A stretch of 64,000 bases of DNA from Octopus bimaculoides (Eukaryota): the NCBI RefSeq assembly GCF_001194135.2, contig NC_068990.1, forward strand, positions 90,354,959 to 90,418,958, written 5' to 3'. Position 1 is the stretch's first letter. The number at the start of each line of letters is the position of its first letter. The notes under the pieces were generated by a model. The model worked only from the letters and a program-made list of their open reading frames with translations. It was not told the DNA's origin and did no database searches. The translations under genes and the position numbers were made by a program. This document shows, in pieces, positions 1-11,574 of this stretch.

Positions 1-110
1 CCATACCAAAGCAAACAGGAGAACAATGCAATTCTCGGACCCGTCGGATTCTGTCAAAACGTTCAACCCTCGCTTACATGAAACGTGGATTTAAAAAAAT
101 GATGATGAGT
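1..110 (+). mobile_element. Diverged 3' tail of a SINE/RTE-type retroelement
   Basis: 'ctgtcaaaacgttcaaccctcgcttacatgaaacgtggatttaaaaaaatgatgatga' resembles a recalled octopus retroelement 3' end that finishes in (GAT)n. Recognised from memory only. Confidence 0.45.
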
Positions 111-1190
111 AGGAGGAGAGGGAAGTTACTCATCTCTTGTTAGCCTTGACAATGGTCTGCTTTGTTCCTTTTAAGGAATGCGCCCAAGCTGATCCTATCG
201 GTTTTGATTCCTTTTCAAGATAAGGGCCTTGACATTAACTCACAGCTGGTGACGGATAATAAAGAGAAGTAAAAAAAAAAAAAAAGATTCGGCAGGGAAC
301 CGAAAGCTAAATCCTCGTTTTAGCAGATCATAAACAGTTGTAGACACTCACGTGAACATAAAATAGAAAAGTGCAAAGAAACTACATCAATATCCACAAT
401 ATGAAAGTAGACAACAGAAGACGTAGATAGCTGTGTTGTGTTATTTATTCTATATATATATATTTTCCTGGAAAATGTATATCATTAAAAGTTGTCTGCT
501 AACAAAAAAAAAAAAAAAAAAAAGAAGTAGAGAGAAAACAATCAAGCTATTTTCTCATTCGATATATTTCTCTTTATTGCTAATATTTTCTTTCATTTCT
601 AGTTATTTCGAAAAATTATTTTATCGATCTATAAAATATATCTTTATGAAAAAAAAAAAGAAAGAAAGAAATCATCAAAATAAAATAGTATCCTTCTGGT
701 TAAAAATGTCTGACTGTATGCAGACACGCTCTTAGTTTGGTTTTCTGTGAGACAGAGCAAATACGTGTGTCTTTGTGCGAGAAATAGCAGTTAAACTCCC
801 TCACAACATCCTCCTGTCTTTAAAAGATGGGAAGAAATACTGAATAATATTATCTTAGATGCGATCGAAGGAACGATTCGTTGATGACGGTTAAACAATC
901 TTTGCTCAAACGTCTTCTCTACAAGTTCTTTTAAGAATATGAGGCTTGTGGACGCGAGCGACGACAAACCGCTCCGTGTATATCAGTCCCTGAAGATGTT
1001 ACTGGCTTAGAACATGGTTGCGACATCTCGAAACTACGTTCCTCATAAGATTGGCTTTAATAGAAGATACATGAGGCTCAAGTTGATCTCAGTAGATGCC
1101 AGAATCCCAGTTTGAAGAGATTCTATCGGCATCAACAAGGAAAACACAGAACGCTTTTTTTCTAGTATTTTTAATTCTACATTTAGCATA

Positions 1191-1243
1191 GATGATTCTG
1201 AGACGGACATGATGATAATGATGATTCTGAGACGGACATGATT

Positions 1244-1298
<55 letters not shown>

Positions 1299-1312
1299 CG
1301 ACGATGATGATA
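1191..1312 (+). repeat. 23-bp direct duplication (period 29) followed by (GAT)n
   Basis: gatgattctgagacggacatgat at 1191-1213 and 1220-1242, then (GAT)n to about 1310. Confidence 0.9.
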
Positions 1313-1319
1313 AATTGCG

Positions 1320-1535
1320 AATTAGTAGGATCAAGCCAGACAGCTGAAGAAACTGGAAGACTAAGGCAACAATTATTCTTGAGCTAACTGGGGCACTCGG
1401 CACAACATCCAAAATGCCTCTTGAAAAAATTTCAGGTGTTGGCATTACGACTCACATTGTCGACTATCAGAAAAGCACCATTCCTGTATTCTGCTAGAAT
1501 CCTAAGAACGATTCCTGAGATGTGAAGAGACGTGT
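1320..1535 (+). mobile_element. R4/Dong-like LINE C-terminal (REL) remnant, copy 1
   Basis: Frameshifted translation WKTKATII..(G)ALGTTSK...STIRKAPFLYSARILRTIPEM* matches the R4-clade ending 'IPIVIGALGT...IQK.ALLGTARILR'. Confidence 0.65.
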
Positions 1536-1569
1536 CATCAAACTTCAAGATATCATTCCTCCAATTAAA

Positions 1570-2036
1570 TGAGCATCTACTAACATGACAACAATACCTG
1601 TTGTCATAGGTGCCCGAGGAATGATAGAAAAAAAAGGGCAGATTACTACCTAGGTCAGATACCAGGAAATCCCAAAATGGAAGAAATACAAAGAAAGGGC
1701 TCACGGGAACTGCCCATATCCTACGTAAAATAATCGTCGATATAATCCCCAAAATACTTTAATCCGTAAGCTGTGTCAAAATACATTTAAATGTACATAA
1801 CAGCAAACACCTTTTACTGTCATCACTTTTACTGTCATCGTGTAATCAAATTACTTTTAGAACAAACTTCTAATTTACTTCTCTTTTGACAGCTATTCTT
1901 TTGAACAATACACTGTGCAAAACCAAAATATATGGTACCCTTGTCATAACATCAACATGAACTTCTAACTTGTCTCTTGAGGTCTCTGGGTGAAAGGTAG
2001 AATCAACTTGTACAAATACAAACCAGAAGTCAAACT

Positions 2037-2108
<72 letters not shown>

Positions 2109-2110
2109 TA
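1570..2110 (+). mobile_element. R4/Dong-like LINE 3' end with 3' UTR and (AAT)n tail, copy 2
   Basis: MTTIPVVIGARGMIEKK / GADYYLGQIPGNPKMEEIQ / GLTGTAHILRKII, then non-coding sequence ending in (AAT)n at about 2037-2110. Confidence 0.8.
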
Positions 2111-2491
2111 ACAAAGATTTAGTTATACCTGGACCCTCAGTAATACACATCCAAAAAATAGCCCAATTCAATTTTACAACCTAAACAAAATATACAAACA
2201 CAAGACACACTCTGTATAGCAAATATCCAATGAAATAAAATACCACCAGCCGGCTGGTACCCAATGCATTACACACACAACACACAATACAAGCAAAATA
2301 CAACAGCAAAAAACTGCACCATACCCAATAAAAAAGAAACTGACGCAATACAATACTGGCAAGAGTTTGCACACACCCGACAACAAAAATGACACACAGT
2401 GCTGCACACACCCAGCAACATGTGGCAGGTTATGCAGTAGAAATTTGCTTGAAACTACCAAATATTGAATAGTAATGATAATAATAATAAC

Positions 2492-2525
<34 letters not shown>
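2110..2525 (+). mobile_element. R4/Dong-like LINE 3' end with (AAT)n tail, copy 3
   Basis: IPGPSVIHIQKIAQ parallels the 'IPG...NIQKIALLG' motif of the neighbouring copies. An AC-rich UTR and an (AAT)n tail at about 2470-2525 follow. Confidence 0.55.
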
Positions 2526-2527
<2 letters not shown>

Positions 2528-2589
2528 TTGTTACAATATATCGATTATACACTAATTCTATTAAATTACGGCTGTGTATCAATGTAAGG

Positions 2590-2781
2590 AATTATTATTA
2601 TTATTATTATTATTGTTCAGTAGTTTTATTTTTATAACGTGCTTTCACCTCACTACCGAGCGCAGCTCTGTGCGCCTTGGGTATGTGCTGTGGTTTGCTG
2701 TGGTGCTCTTATGGTTACTGTATTGAAAGTGTTTTGCGTAGGATGTGTGCAGTGCCCAGTAGTGCAATTTTCTGTATGTTA
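2590..2781 (-). mobile_element. R4/Dong-like LINE extreme 3' end (left arm of palindrome)
   Basis: Minus-strand ORF 2715-2936 ends ...NIQKIALLGTAHILRKTLSIQ*, followed by a UTR and (AAT)n. Confidence 0.85.
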
Positions 2782-2786
2782 CAAAT

Positions 2787-2962
2787 ATATATAACATACA
2801 GAAAAAATTGCACTACTGGGCACTGCGCACATCCTACGCAAAACACTTTCAATACAGTAACCATAAGAGCACCACAGCAAACCACAGCACATACCCAAGG
2901 TACACAGAGCTGCGCTCGGTAGTGAAGTGAAAGCACGTTATAAAAATAAGACTACTGAACAA

Positions 2963-2993
<31 letters not shown>

Positions 2994-2995
2994 TC
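2787..2995 (+). mobile_element. R4/Dong-like LINE extreme 3' end (right arm of palindrome)
   Basis: atatataacatacagaaaaaattgcactactgggcactgcgcacatcctacgcaaaacactttcaatacagtaa = IYNIQK-IALLGTAHILRKTLSIQ* (+2 A frameshift), then a UTR and (AAT)n. Confidence 0.85.
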
Positions 2996-4063
2996 CTTAC
3001 AGTGATACACAGCCGTAATTTAATAGAATTAGTGTATAGTGGATATATTGTAACAAGTGCATAACTGGTTGTTCTTTAATCGATCTCGGGTGAGAGAACC
3101 CAGGCAGAGTAAAGACAAGTTATTTCTATTTAACTAAGGAGGTTTACAGTCGAATATAAGCATTTATTATTTAATGACATAGGAATATTTCTCAAGAGTA
3201 TCTTCTGATTGAAGAGCATAAGTGTAAGAAGCCGGTGAACATAACGTACCGAACCGGAATTTATTTTTAACGAGTATCAATTAGACTTGCAATGAGAGGG
3301 AAACTTATTACAAGAAAAGTTATTAACGCTGATTAATTTTCTTCCCATTAAGGATTTATTCTAAAATTATTAATAATTATTTACCGTCCATTAAGTTAGT
3401 TATGTTAGTCCCCACTTAGAAACTTAAATGCAGAAGTACACAACTTCATATATGAACAGACATTGTACAACCAATCACAGGAGCAGTGTTCATGAAATTT
3501 TTCATTTCTATTTCCAGAAGTTTCATAGAGATATTATTAAAGTGAAATAACCAAAGTGGGGGTAAACGAAACCCCTGGTAGCATATATATCTTCAAGCCG
3601 TCGTGCTTAGTAGTGTATTATAGATCTTTCAATCTATATATTAACGGCAGTTATCTTGCAACAGAACCATTACCAAATCGGTAGATTTCCTGCAATGAAA
3701 GAATCAATTTCTCTTTAAATTTTCAATACTTTGCAAATTGAAAATTTATTGAATATAAATCTACGTGATCACAATCAAAATATTATACGTTTCAATGTGA
3801 AATATGGGAGGTTGATCTGCTGCATATCTTCAGCGGCTAATTCTCCATTACTATGTGTTACGTTTCACCCAGCATGACAGAGTCGTTAATGCATCAATGG
3901 CGGAAAAGCTTTACAATAAGCATTTGTATACATAATCACTCTTCATTCCATTTAGCATATATCTTCCCCACCATTACACAATCTGGCTCTCTGAGTTTCT
4001 GCTTCTATCTCTCTCGCTTCCTTTTTTTTCTCATCATGTGTGCCTGTGTATGTATATCTGTGC

Positions 4064-4109
<46 letters not shown>

Positions 4110-4370
4110 ATATATATATATATTGAAAACACACACACTTATACAGACACACGTACGCACATACGAGCAAGCTAGTTTTCCTAAAGACTCAGCTGTTATT
4201 ACATATCACACAAATTCTTACTATTTCCTGATCTTTTATAAGCTTGCATGAAAATAAAAGATTTGTTGAAAGACGTAGAATATAACCGATTAATGCTGCA
4301 TAAGTACATCTCACCCACTCTTCCTCTCTTCCTTTCTCTCTCTCTCACCATCTCTATATTTGTCTGTCTG

Positions 4371-4401
<31 letters not shown>

Positions 4402-4545
4402 ACGTATACACACACACATGTACATATATAATCATCCTACTATCTATATTTTAATTTCATATACCTTGCACACGTTCTCTCAGTTTCTCTGTACATATAA
4501 GTATATACGAGTGCATGCATACACAGAGACACGTGCGCGCACACA

Positions 4546-4586
<41 letters not shown>

Positions 4587-4956
4587 GCACGTTGTCTCAT
4601 TGTTATGAATGATAACTTGAGTAGGCTTTATGAAAAAATACAAACCTTTTAACTTACACAACAGAAAAGGCTCGAGTTAAAAACACATGCATACACACAT
4701 ACACACATACATACATACACACATACATACATACACACATACATACATACATAGATACATACATACATACATACATACAAAACTGTCCTACGAACGGGAG
4801 CGTGAAACTCTGAGTAACAGTTTTTGTGATATTTTTGCTGCTTTTTAATAAAGTATATATAAATGTGTGTATATATNNNNNNNNNNNNNNNNNNNNNNNN
4901 NNNNNNNNNNNNNNNNNNNNNNNNNNNNNNNNNNNNNNNNNNNNNNNNNNNNNNNN

Positions 4957-4993
<37 letters not shown>

Positions 4994-5005
4994 GCGTGTG
5001 TGTGT

Positions 5006-5460
5006 GAAAGCACATGGCTTAGCGGCTATGGTGCTGCACTCATGATTGTGAGGTCGTGGTTTCGATTCTCATGTCCCATGGTGGCGGACGGTAGGTGCAT
5101 CTCTGAACATGAGCAGAATTACTGGGGGAGCATCAGCATAACTGTGTTGATAGGAATTCTTTTGGGTTTAAATGGTTCACTTCTGGAAACATGGATGTTT
5201 CGTTCAACATCCTTTAACAACCTTTAATCATTTGAGCGGGATGGGCCACTCGACACGAAGAAAGCTCTAACTGGGCCGCACCTTCAAGGTAATGTGCTGT
5301 TTATCTTGATATGAGATCACCATGTGGCGCACATGTGGTTGTGATGCATGTGCTTGATGTACCCTTATGAGACCGGTGGTTACGATGGGTTTACTGGGCT
5401 TCGTATATTTTACCCCAAGCTCACTTTGGTGGCAGGCTCTCCTCTCTCACTCATTAATAA
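5006..5460 (+). mobile_element. tRNA-headed SINE (family C, about 450 bp)
   Basis: A-box-like TGGCTTAGCGG and B-box-like GGTTTCGATTC at tRNA spacing, a non-coding body, and an end in (AAT/GAT)n. Confidence 0.7.
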
Positions 5461-5477
5461 TGATGATGATGATGATG

Positions 5478-5520
<43 letters not shown>

Positions 5521-6301
5521 CAATAATAATAATATCAGTATGTGCGTGTTTATGTTCGTGAGTGTGTGCGTGTATACATCCTACATATTTATACATATCT
5601 ATACTGCATATAGAAATGTATATATACATGTATTTATAAACGTTTACGTTTGTGTATATGTGTGTGTATTCTTAATACATTCTTGCTTTACAAAACATAT
5701 TGAGTAATTCTTCAGTTTTGTGTTCCCACATACTCTGTCTCTCACCTCCCTCCCCCTTTCTCTCTCACACACCCACATACATTTCGACAACCGGTACTAT
5801 TAGTTCGTGTATCCAGTGACCCCTCATTAGGGTTGGATAATCTGATAACGTCCTTAATATTATAATTTCAAGTCAAACCGTGTAATTTCATTATTGATCT
5901 CGCATAAATGTAAAACCTACCTAAGTAGCAGAATGTCGATTTAATCGCCCTCCAATGCCATAACCCGGAAGCATAAAAGAAGATGATATCGATCTCAGGA
6001 AAATTTTCATTCAGCGCATATATACATGAAACGGTCATAAACGAAAGCCACAAGCACATTTTCTGCTTTTTTTTTTCAAGATTTTCCTTTATCTGGAATT
6101 TAACTTCAGCGCTGTACTGTGCGATCTATTATCAAGATAAGACGAGAGCCATTGCCTTCTCGCTCAACCTTTTAGAAATAGCAGCGATACTATAATCAAG
6201 CCAGAGCATATTAATAAAAAAAAACAAAAAAAAAAAAACAATACATGTAGGCCATATTAAATAATGGAATGTTAGATACGTTGTTTTCAAAAGATACAAG
6301 T

Positions 6302-6374
6302 GGTCGCGTAGCCTGATGGATAAGGCATCTGACTTAGAATCAGAAGATTGTGAGTTCCACTCTCGTCGCGGGTG
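6302..6374 (+). tRNA. tRNA-Arg-like gene or pseudogene with a TAG (Leu) anticodon
   Basis: 73-nt cloverleaf: D stem GCCT/AGGC; anticodon stem TCTGA/TCAGA with loop CTTAGAA (anticodon 6335-6337 TAG); T stem GTGAG/CTCGT with loop TTCCACT. The body closely matches eukaryotic tRNA-Arg(TCG). The acceptor stem has a G2:G71 mismatch and 2 G:U pairs, and G57 is C, so it is probably a pseudogene. Confidence 0.8.
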
Positions 6375-6381
6375 AATGATC

Positions 6382-6385
6382 TTTT
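6382..6385 (+). terminator. Possible Pol III terminator (T4) of the tRNA-like gene
   Basis: TTTT 8 nt after the discriminator base. Confidence 0.4.
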
Positions 6386-6387
6386 AA

Positions 6388-6440
6388 AGTCGGTGCTCCA
6401 GCATGGCAGCAGTTAAATGACTGAAACAAGTAAATGAATA
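6388..6440 (+). mobile_element. SINE family B 3' tail fragment
   Basis: gtcggtgctccagcatggcagcagttaaatgactgaaacaagtaaa; the same tail occurs at 24479-24535 (+), 28635-28700 (-) and 47172-47235 (-). Confidence 0.85.
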
Positions 6441-8219
6441 GTCAAGATTTTCCCTTCTGTTTTTACAAAGCCTCCCTGACGGAGCGGTACGAAAGGAAAA
6501 CTATATGAACATAAAGAAGAAACTTTTTTAGTACATATCAGTCTAGCCGCCGATTGTTGTTTAGTATTACTGAAAATTGGCGAACTGAAGAGGAATTTGG
6601 ATACAGCATCACACAATACTGAACAGAATTTGCCACTCAGCCGCTGTAGTTGAGTTTGCTTATTCTATATTGCCTCAGTGAGACGCCAGCGTGCCGACAA
6701 CACGGACGTCTTTTTTTCATGAAGCTTCAGTTGTGTACTCAAGCCATAATGATATGAAAATTATATGTGAGAATATAAGTGTTGCTTAGGAAAGCGGCGA
6801 GCTGGCAGAAACGTTAGCAACTTGCTTCTATCTGACAGTATTTACTTCTTACCTTCAGTTCCGTCTTGCAGAACGCATTGACTCAAACATNNNNNNNNNN
6901 NNNNNNNNNNNNNNNNNNNNNNNNNNNNNNNNNNNNNNNNNNNNNNNNNNNNNNNNNNNNNNNNNNNNNNNNNNNNNNNNNNNNNNNNNNNNNNNNNNNN
7001 NNNNNNNNNNNNNNNNNNNNNNNNNNNNNNNNNNNNNNNNNNNNNNNNNNNNNNNNNNNNNNNNNNNNNNNNNNNNNNNNNNNNNNNNNNNNNNNNNNNN
7101 NNNNNNNNNNNNNNNNNNNNNNNNNNNNNNNNNNNNNNNNNNNNNNNNNNNNNNNNNNNNNNNNNNNNNNNNNNNNNNNNNNNNNNNNNNNNNNNNNNNN
7201 NNNNNNNNNNNNNNNNNNNNNNNNNNNNNNNNNNNNNNNNNNNNNNNNNNNNNNNNNNNNNNNNNNNNNNNNNNNNNAAAAAAAAAAAAAAAAAAAAAAA
7301 AGAGAAGAAAAGAATATGGCCGATGTTTCTAACATGTGGGACAATAAATGAAATGATGTCTGACTGAAAGTAAAGAGATGTCTGGGACAACTAATTTTCT
7401 TTATTGTGGATGAATACGAACCAATTATTTCTACCAGAAGCAATACTTCCATCCAATCCTTTGGGAACATATTCCTTCAATTTGATTCTCTTTACAAAAA
7501 TAGCAGATCAGAAGAAGCCAGAGATTTCCTTTAAGTTCAGAGAATGTTATCTCGTAAAACTTCAGAAACTCACACGCTATTTTAAAATACAATTTCGTGA
7601 TTTGTGACGCAGCCATTATTTTTATTATTTTACAACTTTTTCATTCATTTTATCAGTTTATTACTCATGTAAATGTCTATCTTCATAACAGATCATACAA
7701 TGCTCCAATTTATTATCGTATTGTCAATTTCGCCTGTTCATATATTAAACCTCATTCTCTATTAGAATATTTATTACTGCACCATTGTGTGTGATTTATT
7801 ACTTTCGTAATTTTCATCATTTTTCCTACCTATTTAAAACAAGTATGCTGTATTAATAATTGTCTTTTTATATTGTAATAATCATTAATCCATCATAGCG
7901 CCACTACACTACCTTCTGTTTAGAAAATCTGTAGTTTCCAGATGTAAAATTCGAGGTGCAGTAACGAAATTAATTTCCTAATGTTGTAATTTAATAACAG
8001 CTATTCGCATACAAATAGTTGATGACGTCGACCCTAGCACTAGGCTAGTATTTCATTCTGAAATAGAGGAAATAGGCATAAAACCTAGCTATGTTCAGCT
8101 CCACAAAACAGTCTTATTAGGATGCTTAGACATGTTCTTGGTATTTAACTTTTACTTGTAGCTCGATGTTAGGAATTTCTGTTTTCCAACAGTGTAATCT
8201 GTTTTCGCATATACGAAAT

Positions 8220-8460
8220 AATAATGATAATAACAATAATACTAATAATTCGATAGATATTACAAGTTAGCTTAGGAGGTTAAGTAGTTGTTGTCGATGA
8301 AAACAGTGGTAGTAGTACTAATAATTGTCGGAGCTCTGGGAACAGTGAGTAAAAATCTTGTAGGCTATTTCTATCTCAGTTACGCAAACGTAAGCAGAAT
8401 TACTATTTAGTCTTAAAATACATCGGACATATTCAGAGAACCCTCTTGGTTTAGGGGTGC
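8220..8460 (+). mobile_element. R4/Dong-like LINE C-terminal remnant
   Basis: DRYYKLA*EVK*LLSMKTVVVVLIIVGALGTVSKNL; preceded by an AAT-rich tract. Confidence 0.7.
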
Positions 8461-8477
8461 GGAATGTTCTTCCGGTA

Positions 8478-8545
8478 TTCTTTTATTCTTTTACTTGTTT
8501 CAGTCATTTGATGGCGACCATGCTGGAGCACCGCCCTTTAGTCGA
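8478..8545 (-). mobile_element. SINE family B 3' tail fragment
   Basis: ttttacttgtttcagtcatttgatggcgaccatgctggagcaccgccctttagtcga, shared with the other family B copies. Confidence 0.85.
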
Positions 8546-8557
8546 AGAAATCGCTGC

Positions 8558-8558
8558 C

Positions 8559-8596
<38 letters not shown>

Positions 8597-8621
8597 TATT
8601 ATTATTATTATTATTATTATT
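8558..8621. repeat. (AAT)n switching to (ATT)n (self-complementary microsatellite)
   Basis: An AAT run is directly followed by an ATT run. Confidence 0.9.
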
Positions 8622-8831
8622 TCTACAATAGACACAAGGCCTAATATTTGGGGGAGGGGTTTAGTCGATTACATCGACCCCAGTCTTTCACTGGTATTTC
8701 ATTTATCGATCCCGAAAGGATGAAAGTTAAAGTCGACCGCGGTGGATTTCGAACTCAGAAAGTAAAGGCCGACGAAATGACACTAAGCATTTCGCCCGGC
8801 GTGCTAACGTTTCTGCCAGCTCGCCGCCTTA
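8618..8831 (-). mobile_element. tRNA-headed SINE family A, full length (about 210 bp)
   Basis: Reverse complement begins aaggcggcgagctggcagaaacgttagcacgccgggcgaaatgc, has a B-box-like gagttcgaaatcc and ends ..ccttgtgtctattgtagaaaataataat. Homologous copies are at 21860, 22305, 36012, 52125 and 57650. Confidence 0.9.
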
Positions 8832-8856
8832 ATAATAGTGATAATAATAATCACAA

Positions 8857-8913
<57 letters not shown>

Positions 8914-9652
8914 AAGCAGCAGCAGTCTTGATTTCAAAATGTATCATGCGACAAATTTGCTAGAGAAGAGTGGAATCGATTAAAACGAAGGCTTATTTGA
9001 CCAGGAGTGAGAGAGATGTTTGTGTTGGCACCTGCTTGGATGTTTGACCAACGTATTAATTAACAAAGAGGGAACGTGTTCCTGATATAGGTAGAAACGT
9101 ATAATTACGTGTCCAATCTGTTTAGACTCTCCTAACAGCTTTCTTTTCAAACCAATATCGAATAAAAATTGTATACATAATTCTACTGATGAGCATCCAT
9201 AGTTAGATAAACACACAAACACACACACATATATGTAGATGCATACAAACACACACAAGCATACAATATTTTAACAATATTCGAATTTATGTGCTGGAAT
9301 ATANNNNNNNNNNNNNNNNNNNNNNNNNNNNNNNNNNNNNNNNNNNNNNNNNNNNNNNNNNNNNNNNNNNNNNNNNNNNNNNNNNNNNNNNNNNNNNNNN
9401 NNNNNNNNNNNNNNNNNNNNNNNNNNNNNNNNNNNNNNNNNNNNNNNNNNNNNNNNNNNNNNNNNNNNNNNNNNNNNNNNNNNNNNNNNNNNNNNNNNNN
9501 NNNNNNNNNNNNNNNNNNNNNNNNNNNNNNNNNNNNNNNNNNNNNNNNNNNNNNNNNNNNNNNNNNNNNNNNNNNNNNNNNNNNNNNNNNNNNNNNNNNN
9601 NNNNNNNNNNNNNNNNNNNNNNNNNNNNNNNNNNNNNNNNNNNNNNNNNNNN

Positions 9653-9664
9653 ACAGACACACAA

Positions 9665-9701
<37 letters not shown>

Positions 9702-9885
9702 CATATATATATATATACATATATACGATGGGCTTCTTTCAGTTTCCGTTTACCAAATCCAAGGCTTTGGTCGGCCCCTGGTTATAGTAGAAGACACTTG
9801 CCCAAGGTGCCACGCAGTGGGGCTGAGCCCAGAACCATGTGGTTTGTAAGCAAGCTACTTACCACACAGCTACTCCTACGCCTGG
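9653..9885 (-). mobile_element. SINE family B, 5' half (remainder probably in the gap)
   Basis: gggcttctttcagtttccgtttaccaaatcc...gaagacacttgcccaaggtgccacgcagtgg...cttaccacacagc, matching the full copy at 47172-47553. Confidence 0.9.
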
Positions 9886-11574
9886 TGTTAAAATTCCAAT
9901 GGAATTTCAACATGAATATAGACATATATGCAGTGTATTTCAGTATATATAGACAAACATATGCACGTGTATATATACATACATATAGATATGTATATAT
10001 ACATGTGTGTATATGAATATATGATTGCGTGTATTTGTTTGTATGGTGCGAGACGGGTGGGGGGGGGATACGACTGGTGGCCGGTGTATATTCTACTTGC
10101 GTTGTTTTTATTGATAATTGTACACAAATGCCCTTCCATGGCAGCGAGAATTATTATCTTCTATAAAAGAAATATTTTACTGAAAACCGTCAATGATTTT
10201 ATAATCAACGTTGTCTTTGTTCTTATGTCGTTGAATATAATTTTGGATTACACTGTTTATTCAAGCAGAATATGTTTGTAGATATCAATATCACGTTACT
10301 GGTATTTAAATTCATCCTTTTTGCGGAGTTTGACGACCAATACCAGTCGACCACTTCTCTTTCTTTCGTAACAAAAGTTACTTCTTAGCAGAGTTCTGAA
10401 TTCGAATTATAGAAAACAGGCATATCTATATACATATTTAACATTAGATCACGCTTACACAAGACTCCACAAACATGCTATATGTGTATATATGTATATA
10501 TGTATATATANNNNNNNNNNNNNNNNNNNNNNNNNNNNNNNNNNNNNNNNNNNNNNNNNNNNNNNNNNNNNNNNNNNNNNNNNNNNNNNNNNNNNNNNNN
10601 NNNNNNNNNNNNNNNNNNNNNNNNNNNNNNNNNNNNNNNNNNNNNNNNNNNNNNNNNNNNNNNNNNNNNNNNNNNNNNNNNNNNNNNNNNNNNNNNNNNN
10701 NNNNNNNNNNNNNNNNNNNNNNNNNNNNNNNNNNNNNNNNNNNNNNNNGTATGTATGTATGTATGTATGTATGTATGTATGTATGTATGTATGTATGTAT
10801 GCATGTATATGTACTAATTTGTACTTATTCTCATGCATATATTTCCATGTGTATACATACGCATATATATTTAAGTAACACACTTCTGGAATGTTTTACA
10901 GATTTTCACAATTCGAGTGATGGCTTGGATCTGCAATGTTGTATGTATGTATGTATGTATGTATATATGTATGTATGTATGTATGAATGTATGAATGTAT
11001 GTTTGTTTGTATGTATGTATGTATGTATGTATGTACGTGTGTATGTGTGTGTGTATATGCAGGTATGTATACATGTTGCATGCGGTTATAAGATTTATAA
11101 GAACTCCAAAGAATTTTTCTTAAGTCGTCTAAGCGACGCATAACTTAGATAAAGTGCCAAACCAACAATTATAAATCATTATATATTACTCGAGGCTATG
11201 ACATAAATGTAAAGTGACGAAATAAAACGGATAAGAACAGATATCTGATGCACCATATTATTAGAGATGCCAAATTATTGATCTTCCCCTACAACAAAAG
11301 TCTTATATTTATCATGTGATACTCTATCTTTATCTAGAGTAAAGCTCTCTGTCGATAGTCGAAATGGTGCACAGCTCTCAGAGCGATTTTCGATCAATCC
11401 AATATATTTTATAGGAATGTGGAAAAATAACTAGTTGATCCCTAAAATAATGTACTGAGACATAAAAATATTTACCGTGAAGGTAGCAATTACTTGAGGA
11501 AATGAAATTTCATGTAGAAGACGGGACTGATCGTGTTGGCTTCGTGAACTTTATTTATTCATTTTTGTACATGA

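Larger units (their letters stand above)
2526..3058. repeat. 533-bp near-perfect palindrome (arms about 256-267 bp, 10-nt spacer)
   Basis: 2526-2781 is the reverse complement of 2792-3058. By eye: 8 substitutions, one 2-nt indel and different (AAT)n lengths. Spacer caaatatata at 2782-2791. Confidence 0.97.

Noticed and set aside
975-1045. CTGAAGA...GAAAC hammerhead-like spacing
   Set aside because: Stem II does not close next to GAAA (4 extra nt) and there is no complementary stem I arm after the putative cleavage site.
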